A model generated the notes under the pieces. That model made no database searches. It was not told the DNA's origin and saw only the letters and a program-made list of their open reading frames with translations. From the NCBI RefSeq assembly GCF_009914755.1, contig NC_060945.1: 64,000 nucleotides of DNA. One strand, 5' to 3'. Every line of letters begins with the position of its first letter. The stretch's first letter is position 1. Both the position numbers and the translations under genes were made by a program. Shown here one piece after another: positions 46,101 to 59,127 of the stretch. The stretch is from the human T2T-CHM13v2.0 reference genome, Homo sapiens.

Positions 46101-48130
46101 TATATACTGTACATGAAGTATCAAAATACACAAACTATATATTATATACTGTACATAAAATATCAAAGTACCCAAGGTATATATTCTATACTGTACAAAA
46201 AATATCAAAGTACCCAAAGCATGTATTATATACTGTACATAAAATATGAAAGTACATCAAATATATATTATATTAGGTACGTAAAATATGAAAGTACATC
46301 AAATATAGATTATATACCATACATAAAATATAAAGGAACCCCAAATATATATGATATACTGTACATGAAATATCAAAGTTCACAAACTATATATTATATA
46401 CTGTAGATAAAATATCAAAGTACCCAAGGTATATATTCTATACTGTAAAAAAAAATCAAAGTACCCAAAGCATGTATTATATACTGTACATAAAATATGA
46501 AGGCACATCAAATATATATTATATTAGGTACATAAAATATGAAAGTACATAAAATATAGATGATATACTGTACATAAAATATCAAAGTAGCCCAAATATA
46601 TATTATACAGTGTACATGAAATATCAAAATTTACAAAACATATATTATATAATGTACATAAAATATCAAAGTACCCAAAGCAAGTATTATATACTGTACA
46701 TAAAAGATGAAAGTACATCAAATATATATTTTATTCTGTACATAAAATATCAAAGTACACCAGATATATATTTTATAGTGTACATAAAATATCAAGGTAC
46801 CCAAACTATACATTATATACTGTACATAAAATATGAAATTACATCAAATATATATTATATTAGGTACGTAAAATATGAAAGTACATCAAATATAGATTAT
46901 ATACTGTACATAATATATAAAAGAACCCCAAATATATATTATATACTGTACATGAAGTATCAAAATACACAAACTATATATTATATACTGTAGATAAAAT
47001 ATCAAAGTACCCAAGGTATATATTCTATACTGTACAAAAAATATCAAAGTACCCAAAGCATGTATTATATACTGTATATAAAATATGAAAGTACATCAAA
47101 TATATATTTTATTCTGTACATAAAATAACAAAGTACAACAGATATATATTTTATAGTGTACATAAAATATCAAAGTACCCAAACTATACATTACATACTG
47201 TACATAAAATATGGAATTACATCAAATATATATTATATTAGGTACATAAAATATGAAAGTACATCAAATATAGATTATATACCATACATAAAATCTAAAG
47301 GAACCCCAAATATATATGATATACTGTACATGAAATTTCAAAGTTCACAAACTATATATTATATACTGTAGATAAAATATCAAAGTACCCAAGGTATATA
47401 TTCTATACTGTAAAAAAAATATCAAAGTACCCACAGCATGTATTATATACTGTACATAAAATATGAAAGTACATCAAATATATATTTTATTCTGTACATA
47501 AAATAACAAAGTACACCAGATATATATTTTATAGTGTACATAAAATATGAAATTACCCAAACTATACATTACATACTGTACATAAAATATGGAATTACAT
47601 CTAATATATATTATATTAGGTACGTAAAATATGAAAGTACATCAAATATAGATTATATACCATACATAAAATATAAAGGAAACCCAAATATATATGATAT
47701 ACTGTACATGAAATATCAAAGTTCACAAACTATATATTATATACTGTAGATAAAATATCAAAGTACCCAAGGTATATATTCTATACTGTAAAAAAAATAT
47801 CAAAGTACCCAAAGCATGTATTATATACTGTACATAAAATATGAAAGCACATCAAATATATATTATATTAGGTACATAAAATATGAAAGTACATAAAATA
47901 TAAATGATATACTGTACATAAAATATCAAAGTAGCCCAAATATATATTATACAGTGTACATGAAATATCAAAATTTACAAAATATATATTATATAATGTA
48001 CATAAAATATCAAAGTACCCAAAGCAAGTATTATATACTGTACATAAAAGATGAAAGTACATCAAATATATATTTTATTCTGTACATAAAATATCAAAGT
48101 ACACCAGATATATATTTTATAGTGTACATA
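34200..48130. repeat. Domain B: variant HSat1A subfamily with 6-/8-/9-mer units and a 588-bp (14-mer) core
   Basis: Diagnostic variants that are absent or rare in domain A: taggtacgta, ataccatac, ataaaggaacccc, tatgatatac, ctgtagataa, atagatgatatac, gtagcccaaat, caaaatttac, aaagcaagt, aaaagatgaa. Landmark ORF starts at 39054, 39642, 40481, 41446, 42034, 42873, 43839, 45183, 45771, 46610 and 47954 give spacings of 588, 839, 965, 588, 839, 966, 1344, 588, 839 and 1344. Confidence 0.9.
34205..39310. repeat. Tandem duplication, period 2518-2519 bp (about 60 monomers)
   Basis: ORF pairs 34563/37081, 34844/37362, 36157/38676 and 36535/39054. Shared rare variants include 'tgccccaaat' (34331/36849), 'atgatagtacaac' and 'aaaaatcaaaggagccc'. 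Confidence 0.9.
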
Positions 48131-51100
48131 AAATATCAAAGTACCCAAACTATACATTATATACTGTACATAAAATATGAAATTACGTCAAATATATATT
48201 ATATTAGGTACATAAAATATGAAAGTACATCAAATATAGATTATATACTGTACATAAAATATCAAAGTACCCCAAATATATATTATATACTGTACATCAA
48301 ATATCAAAGTTCACAAACTATATATTATATACTGTACATAAAATATCAAAGTACCCAAGGTATATATTCTATACTGTACAAAAAATATCAAAGTACCCAA
48401 AGCATGTATTATATACTGTACATAAAATATGAAAGTACATCAAATATATATTTTATTCTGTACATAAAACATCAAAGTACACCAGATATATATCCTATAG
48501 TGTACATAAAATATCAAAGTACCCAAACTATACATTATATACTGTACATAAAATATGAAATTACATCAAATATATATTATATTAGTTACCTAAAATATGA
48601 AAGTACATCAAATATAGATTATATACTGTACATAAAATATCAGAGTACCCCAAATATATATTATATACTGTACATGAAATATCAAAGTTCACAAACTATA
48701 TATTATATACTGTACATAAAATATCAAAGTACCCAAGGTATATATTCTATACTGTACAAAAAATATCAAAGTACCCAAAGCATGTATTATATACTGTACA
48801 TAAAAGATGAAAGTACATCAAATATATATTTTATTCTGTACATAAAATAACAAAGTACACCGGATATATATTTTATAGTGTACATAAAATATCAAAGTAC
48901 CCAAACTATACATTACATACTGTGCATAAAATATGAAATTACATCAAATATATATTATATTAGTTACCTAAAATATGAAAGTACATCAAATATAGATTAT
49001 ATACTGTACAGAAAATATGAAAGTACCCCAAATATATATTATACACTGTACATGAAATATGAAAGTTCACAAACTATATATTATATACTGTACATAAAAT
49101 ATCAAAGTACCCAAGGTATATATTTTATACTGTACAAAAAATATCAAAGTACCCAAAGAATGTATTATATACTGTACATAAAATATGAAAGTACATCAAA
49201 TATATATTTGATTCTGTACATAAAATAACAAAGTACACCAGATATGTATTTTATAGTGTACATAAAATATCAAAGTACCGAAACTATATATTACATACTG
49301 TACATAAAATATGCAATTACATCAAATATATATTATATTAGGAACATAAAATATGAAAGTACATCAAATATAGATTATTAACTGTACATAAAATATCAAA
49401 GAACCCCAAATATATATTATATACTGTACATGAGATATCAAACTTCACAAACTATATATTATATACTGTACATAAAATATCAAAGTACCCAAGGTATATA
49501 TTCTATACTATACAAAAAATATCAAAGTACACAAAGCATGTATTATATACTGTACATAAAATATGAAATTACATCAAATATATATTATATTAGGTACATA
49601 AAATATGAAAGTACGTCAAATATATATTATATACTGTACATAAAATATAAAAGTACCCCAAATATATATTATATACTGAACATGAAATATCAAAATACAC
49701 AAACTATATATTATATACTGTACAAAAAATATCAAAGTACCCAAAGCAAGTATTATATACTGTACATAAAATATGAAAGTACATCAAATATATATTTTAT
49801 TCTGTACATAAAATATCAAAGTACACCAGATATATATTTTATAATGTACATAAAACATCAAGGTACACAAACTATACATTATATAGTGTACATAAAATAT
49901 GAAATTACATCAAATATATATTATATTGGATACATAAAATATGAAAGTACATCAAGTATAGATTATTAACTGTACATAAAATATCAAAGAACCCCAAATA
50001 TATATTATATACTGTGCATGAAATATCAAAGTTCACAAACTATATATTATATATTGTACATAAAATATCAAAGTACCCAAGGTTTATATTCTGTACTGTA
50101 CAAAAAATATCAAAGTACCCAAAGCATGTATTATATACTGTACATAAAATATGAAATTACATCAAATATACATTATATTAGGTACATAAAATATGAAAGT
50201 ACATCAAATATATATTTTATTCTGTACATAAAATATCAAAGTACACCAGATATATATTTTATAGTGTACATAAAATATCAAATTACCCAAACTATACATT
50301 ATATCCTGTACATAAAATATGAAATTACATCAAATATATATTATATTAGGTACATAAAATATGAAAGTACATCAAATATAGATTATATACTGTACATAAA
50401 ATATAAAAGTACCCCAAATATATATTATATACTGTACATGAAATATCAAAATACAGAAACTATATATTATATACTGTACAAAAAATATCAAAGTACCCAA
50501 AGCAAGTATTATATACTGTACATAAAAGATGAAAGTACATCAAATATATATTCTATTCTGTACATAAATTATCAAAGTACACCAGATATATATTTTATAG
50601 TGTACTTAAAACATCAAGGTACACAAACTATACATTATATACTGTACATAAAATATGAAATTACATCAAATATATATTATATTGGGTACATAAAATATGA
50701 AAGCACATCAAATATAGATTAACTGTACATAAAATATCAAAGAACCCGAAATATATATTATATACTGTACATGAAATATCAAAGTTCACAAACTATATAT
50801 TATATACTGTACATAAAATATCAAGGTACCCAAGGTATATATTCTATATTGTATAAAAAATATCAAAGTACCCAAAGCATGTATTATATACTGTACATAA
50901 AATATGAGAGTACATCAAATATATATTTTATTCTGTACATAAAATATCAAAGTACACCAGATATATATTTTATAGTGTACATAAAATATCAAAGTACCCA
51001 AACCATACATTATATACTGTACATAAAATATGAAATTACATCAAATATATATTATATTAGGTACATAAAATATGAAAGTACATAAAATATAGATGATATA

Positions 51101-54100
51101 CTGTACATAAAATATCAAAGTAGCCCAAATATATATTATACAGTGTACATGAACTATCAAAATTTACAAAATATATATTATATAATGTACATAAAATATC
51201 AAAATACCCAAAACAAGTATTATATACTGTACATAAAAGATGAAAGTACATCAAATATATATTTTATTCTGTACATAAAATATCAAAGTACACCAGATAT
51301 ATATTTTATAGTGTACATAAAATATCAAGGTAACCAAACTATACATTATATACTGTACATAAAATATGAAATTACATCAAATATATATTATATTAGGTAC
51401 GTAAAATATGAAATTACATCAAATATAGATTATATACTGTACATAAAATATAAAAGTACCCCAAATATATATTATATACTGTACATGAAATATCAAAATA
51501 CAGAAACTATATATTATATACTGTACAAAAAATATCAAAGTACCCAAAGCAAGTATTATATACTGTACATAAAAGATGAAAGTACATCAAATATATATTC
51601 TATTCTGTACATAAATTATCAAAGTACACCAGATATATATTTTATAGTGTACATAAAACATCAAGGTACACAAACTATACATTATATACTGTACATAAAA
51701 TATGAAATTACATCAAATATATATTATATTGGGTACATAAAATATGAAAGCACATCAAATATAGATTAACTGTACATAAAATATCAAAGAACCCGAAATA
51801 TATATTATATACTGTACATGAAATATCAAAGTTCACAAACTATATATTATATACTGTACATAAAATATCAAGGTACCCAAGGTATATATTCTATACTGTA
51901 CAAAAAATATCAAAGTACCCAAAGCATGTATTATATACTGTACATAAAATATGAGAGTACATCAAATATATATTTTATTCTGTACATAAAATATCAAAGT
52001 ACACCAGATATATATTTTATAGTGTACATAAAATATCAAAGTACCCAAACTATACATTATATACTGTACATAAAATATGAAATTACATCAAATATATATT
52101 ATATTAGGTACATAAAATATGAAAGTACATAAAATATAGATGATATACTGTACATAAAATATCAAAGTAGCCCAAATATATATTATACAGTGTACATGAA
52201 ATATCAAAATTTACAAAATATATATTATATAATGTACATAAAATATCAAAATACCCAAAACAATTATTATATACTGTACATAAAAGATGAAAGTACATCA
52301 AATATATATTTTATTCTGTACATAAAATATCAAAGTACACCAGATATATATTTTATAGTGTACATAAAATATCAAGGTAACCAAACTATACATTATATAC
52401 TGTACATAAAATATGAAATTACATCAAATATATATTATATTAGGTACGTAAAATATGAAATTACATCAAATACAGATTATATACTGTACATAAAATATAA
52501 AAGAACCCCAAATATATATTATATATTGTACATGAAATATCAAAATACAGAAACTATATATTATATACTGTACAAAAAATATCAAAGTACCCAAAGCAAG
52601 TATTATATACTGTACATAAAAGATGAAAGTACATCAAATATATATTCTATTCTGTACATAAATTATCAAAGTACACCAGATATATATTTTATAGTGTACA
52701 TAAAACATCAAGGTACACAAACTATACATTATATACTGTACATAAAATATGAAATTACATCAAATATATATTATATTGGGTACATAAAATATGAAAGCAC
52801 ATGAAATATAGATTAACTGTACATAAAATATCAAAGAACCCGAAATATATATTATAAACTGTACATGAAATATCAAAGTTCACAAACTATATATTATATA
52901 CTGTACATAAAATATCAAGGTACCCAAGGTATATATTCTCTACTGTACAAAAAATATCAAAGTACCCAAAGCATGTATTATATACTGTACATAAAATATG
53001 AGAGTACATAAAATATATATTTTATTCTGTACATAAAATATCAAAGTACACCAGATATATATTTTATAGTGTACATAAAATATCAAAGTACCCAAACTAT
53101 ACATTATATACTGTACATAAAATATGAAATTACATCAAATATATATTATATTAGGTACATAAAATATGAAAGTACATAAAATATAGATGATATACTGTAC
53201 ATAAAATATCAAAGTAGCCCAAATATATATTATACAGTGTACATGAAATATCAAAATTTACAAAATATATATTATATAATGTACATAAAATATCAAAATA
53301 CCCAAAACAAGTATTATATACTGTACATAAAAGATGAAAGTACATCAAATATATATTTTATTCTGTACATAAAATATCAAAGTACACCAGATATATATTT
53401 TATAGTGTACATAAAATATCAAGGTAACCAAACTATACATTATATACTGTACATAAAATATGAAATTACATCAAATATATATTATATTAGGTACGTAAAA
53501 TATGAAAGTACATCAAATATAGATTATATACTGTATATAAAATATAAAAGAACCCCAAATATATATTATATACTCTACTTGAAATATCAAAGATCACAAA
53601 CTATATATTATATACTGTACATAAAATATGAATATACCCAAGGTATATATTCTATACTGTACAAAAAATATCAAAGTACCCAAAGCATGTATTATATACT
53701 GTACATAAAATATGTAACTACATCAAATATATATTTAATTCTGTACATAAAATAACAAAGTACACCAGATATATGTTTTATAGTGTACATAAAATATCAA
53801 AGTACCCAAACTATACATTACATACTGTACATAAAATATGAAATTACATCAAATATATATTATATTAGGAACATAAAATATGAAAGTACATCAAATATAG
53901 ATTATTAACTGTACATAAAATATCAAAGAACCCCAAATATATATTATATACTGTACATGAGATATCAAACTTCACAAACTATATATTATATACTGTAGAT
54001 AAAATATCAACGTACCCAAGGTATATATTCTATACTGTACAAAAAATATCAAAGTACCCAAAGCATGTATTATATACTGTATATAAAATATGAAAGTACA

Positions 54101-55620
54101 TCAAATATATATTTTATTCTGTACATAAAATATTAAAGTACACCAGATATATATTTTATAGTGTACATAAAATATAAAGTACCCAAACTATACATTACAT
54201 ACTGTACATAAAATATGAAATTACATCAAATATATATTATATTAGGTACATAAAATATGAAAGTACATCAAATATAGATTATTAACTGTACATAAAATAT
54301 CAAAGAACCCCAAATATATATTATATACTGTACATGAAATATCAAACTTCACAAACTATATATTATATACTGTACATAAAATATAAAAGTACCCAAGGTA
54401 TATATTCTATACTGTACAAAAAATATCAAAGTACCCAAAGCATGTGTTATATACTGTACATAAAATATGAAAGTACATCAAATATATATTTTATTCTGTA
54501 CATAAAATATCAAAGTACACCAGATATATATTTTATAGTGTACATAAAATATCAAAATACCCAAAGTATACATTATAAACTGTACATAAAATATGAAAGT
54601 ACATCAAATATAGATAATTAACTGTACATAAAATATCAAAGTACCCCAAATATATATTATATACTGTACATGAGATATCAAACTTCACAAACTATATATT
54701 ATATACTGTAGATAAAATATCAACGTACCCAAGGTATATATTCTACACTGTACAAAAAATATCAAAGTACCCAAAATATGTATTATATACTGTATATAAA
54801 ATATGAAAGTACATCAAATATAAATTTTATTCTGTACATAAAATATCAAAGTACACCAGATATATATTTTATAGTGTACAGAAAATATCAAAGTACCCAA
54901 ACTATACATTATATACTGTACATAAAATATGAAATTACATCAAATATATATTATATTAGGTACATAAAATATGAAAGTACATAAAATATAGATGATATAC
55001 TGTACATAAAGTATCAAAGTAGCCCAAAGTTATATTATACAGTGTACATGAAATATCAAAATTTACAAAATATATATTATATAATGTACATAAAATATCA
55101 AAGTACCCAAAGCAAGTATTATATACTGTACATAAAAGATGAAAGTACATCAAATATATATTTTATTCTCTACGTAAAATATCAAAGTACACCAGATATA
55201 TATTTTATAGTGTACATAAAATATCAAAGTACCCAAACTATACATTACATACTGTACATAAAATATGAAATTACATGAAATATATATTATTTTAGGAACA
55301 TAAATATGAAAGTACATCAAATATAGATTATTAACTGTACATAGAATATCAAAGAACCCCAAATATATATTATATACTGTACATGAGATATCAAACTTCA
55401 CAAACTATATATTATATACTGTACATAAAATATCAAACTACCCAAGGTATATATTCTATACTGTACAAAAAATATCAAAATACCCAAAGCATGTATTATA
55501 TACTGTACATAAAATATGAAAGTATATCAAATATATATTTTATTCTGTACATAAAATATCAAAGTACACCAGATATATATTTTATAGTGTACATAAAATA
55601 TCAAAGTACCCAAACTATAC
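48130..55620. repeat. Domain C: B-related subfamily, more heterogeneous, containing a 1047-bp HOR
   Basis: It shares the 'atagatgatatac/gtagcccaaat/caaaatttac' unit with domain B. It has its own markers: gattattaactg, gattaactg, tattgggtac, aaagaacccg, tgagagtac, aggtaacca, aaatacagaaac. Boundaries are approximate. Confidence 0.8.
50370..53500. repeat. About 3 tandem copies of a 1047-bp unit (25 monomers - 3 bp)
   Basis: 'gattaactg' occurs at 50717, 51764 and 52811, and ORF starts fall at 51143, 52190 and 53237 (all +1047). Confidence 0.9.
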
Positions 55621-56265
55621 ATTATATACTGTACATAAAATATGAAATTACATCAAATATATATTAGGTACATAAAATATGAAAGTACATCAAATATAGA
55701 TTATACTGTACATATAATATCAATGTACCCCAAATATATATTTTATACTCTACATGAAATATCAAAGTTCACAAACCATACATTATATACTGTACATAAA
55801 AAATCAAAGTACCCAAGGTATATATTCTATACTGTACAAAAAATATCAAAGTACCCAAAGCATGTATTATATACTGTATATAAAATATGAAAGTACATCA
55901 AATATATATTTTATTCTGTACATAAAATATCAAAGTACACCAGATATATATTCTATAGTGTACATATAATAACAAAGTACACAAACTATACATTATATAC
56001 TGTACATAAAATATGAAATTACATCAAATATATATTAGGTACATAAAATATGAAAGTACATCAAATATAGATTATATACTGTACATATAATATCAATGTA
56101 CCCCAAATATATATTTTATACTCTACATGAAATATCAAAGTTCACAAACCATACATTATATACTGTACATAAAAAATCAAAGTACCCAAGGTATATATTC
56201 TATACTGTACAAAAAATATCAAAGTACCCAAAGCATGTATTATATACTGTACATAAAATATGAAG
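55620..56265. repeat. Short island of domain A-type sequence (373-bp-type units)
   Basis: The 5-bp-deleted M5 ('aaatatatattaggtac') reappears at ~55655 and ~56026, together with 'tcaatgtacccc' and 'aaccatac'. I did not see this set between 34.2 and 55.6 kb. Confidence 0.8.
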
Positions 56266-56266
56266 G

Positions 56267-59127
56267 TACATCAAATATATATTTTATTCTGTACATAAAA
56301 TATCAAAGTACACCAGATATATATTTTATAGTGTACATAAAATATCAAATTACCCAAACTATACATTATATCCTGTACATAAAATATGAAATTACATCAA
56401 ATATATATTATATTAGGTACATAAAATATGAAAGTACATCAAATATAGATTATATACTGTACATAAAATATAAAAGTACCCCAAATATATATTATATACT
56501 GTACATGAAATATCAAAATACAGAAACTATATATTATATACTGTACAAAAAATATCAAAGTACCCAAAGCAAGTATTATATACTGTACATAAAAGATGAA
56601 AGTACATCAAATATATATTCTATTCTGTACATAAATTATCAAAGTACACCAGATATATATTTTATAGTGTACTTAAAACATCAAGGTACACAAACTATAC
56701 ATTATATACTGTACATAAAATATGAAATTACATCAAATATATATTATATTGGGTACATAAAATATGAAAGCACATCAAATATAGATTAACTGTACATAAA
56801 ATATCAAAGAACCCGAAATATATATTATATACTGTACATGAAATATCAAAGTTCACAAACTATATATTATATACTGTACATAAAATATCAAGGTACCCAA
56901 GGTATATATTCTATATTGTATAAAAAATATCAAAGTACCCAAAGCATGTATTATATACTGTACATAAAATATGAGAGTACATCAAATATATATTTTATTC
57001 TGTACATAAAATATCAAAGTACACCAGATATATATTTTATAGTGTACATAAAATATCAAAGTACCCAAACCATACATTATATACTGTACATAAAATATGA
57101 AATTACATCAAATATATATTATATTAGGTACATAAAATATGAAAGTACATAAAATATAGATGATATACTGTACATAAAATATCAAAGTAGCCCAAATATA
57201 TATTATACAGTGTACATGAAATATCAAAATTTACAAAATATATATTATATAATGTACATAAAATATCAAAATACCCAAAACAAGTATTATATACTGTACA
57301 TAAAAGATGAAAGTACATCAAATATATATTTTATTCTGTACATAAAATATCAAAGTACACCAGATATATATTTTATAGTGTACATAAAATATCAAGGTAA
57401 CCAAACTATACATTATATACTGTACATAAAATATGAAATTACATCAAATATATATTATATTAGGTACGTAAAATATGAAATTACATCAAATATAGATTAT
57501 ATACTGTACATAAAATATAAAAGTACCCCAAATATATATTATATACTGTACATGAAATATCAAAATACAGAAACTATATATTATATACTGTACAAAAAAT
57601 ATCAAAGTACCCAAAGCAAGTATTATATACTGTACATAAAAGATGAAAGTACATCAAATATATATTCTATTCTGTACATAAATTATCAAAGTACACCAGA
57701 TATATATTTTATAGTGTACATAAAACATCAAGGTACACAAACTATACATTATATACTGTACATAAAATATGAAATTACATCAAATATATATTATATTGGG
57801 TACATAAAATATGAAAGCACATCAAATATAGATTAACTGTACATAAAATATCAAAGAACCCGAAATATATATTATATACTGTACATGAAATATCAAAGTT
57901 CACAAACTATATATTATATACTGTACATAAAATATCAAGGTACCCAAGGTATATATTCTGTACTGTACAAAAAATATCAAAGTACCCAAAGCATGTATTA
58001 TATACTGTACATAAAATATGAGAGTACATCAAATATATATTTTATTCTGTACATAAAATATCAAAGTACACCAGATATATATTTTATAGTGTACATAAAA
58101 TATCAAAGTACCCAAACTATACATTATATACTGTACATAAAATATGAAATTACATCAAATATATATTATATTAGGTACATAAAATATGAAAGTACATAAA
58201 ATATAGATGATATACTGTACATAAAATATCAAAGTAGCCCAAATATATATTATACAGTGTACATGAAATATCAAAATTTACAAAATATATATTATATAAT
58301 GTACATAAAATATCAAAATACCCAAAACAATTATTATATACTGTACATAAAAGATGAAAGTACATCAAATATATATTTTATTCTGTACATAAAATATCAA
58401 AGTACACCAGATATATATTTTATAGTGTACATAAAATATCAAGGTAACCAAACTATACATTATATACTGTACATAAAATATGAAATTACATCAAATATAT
58501 ATTATATTAGGTACGTAAAATATGAAATTACATCAAATACAGATTATATACTGTACATAAAATATAAAAGAACCCCAAATATATATTATATATTGTACAT
58601 GAAATATCAAAATACAGAAACTATATATTATATACTGTACAAAAAATATCAAAGTACCCAAAGCAAGTATTATATACTGTACATAAAAGATGAAAGTACA
58701 TCAAATATATATTCTATTCTGTACATAAATTATCAAAGTACACCAGATATATATTTTATAGTGTACATAAAACATCAAGGTACACAAACTATACATTATA
58801 TACTGTACATAAAATATGAAATTACATCAAATATATATTATATTGGGTACATAAAATATGAAAGCACATGAAATATAGATTAACTGTACATAAAATATCA
58901 AAGAACCCGAAATATATATTATAAACTGTACATGAAATATCAAAGTTCACAAACTATATATTATATACTGTACATAAAATATCAAGGTACCCAAGGTATA
59001 TATTCTCTACTGTACAAAAAATATCAAAGTACCCAAAGCATGTATTATATACTGTACATAAAATATGAGAGTACATAAAATATATATTTTATTCTGTACA
59101 TAAAATATCAAAGTACACCAGATATAT
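56267..59127. repeat. Non-adjacent direct copy (~2.86 kb) of 50200-53060, offset 6067 bp
   Basis: ORF pairs 50771/56838, 51143/57210, 51818/57885 and 52190/58257. Private variants are shared: 'atatcctg' (50301/56368), 'gtacttaaaacatc', 'aaacaattatt' and 'ttctctactg'. Confidence 0.92.

Noticed and set aside
36449-58368. Recurrent 65-aa - strand ORF (MMYFHLLCTVYN...)
   Set aside because: It is simply the reverse translation of one variant unit of domains B/C, and it recurs because the DNA unit is repeated.
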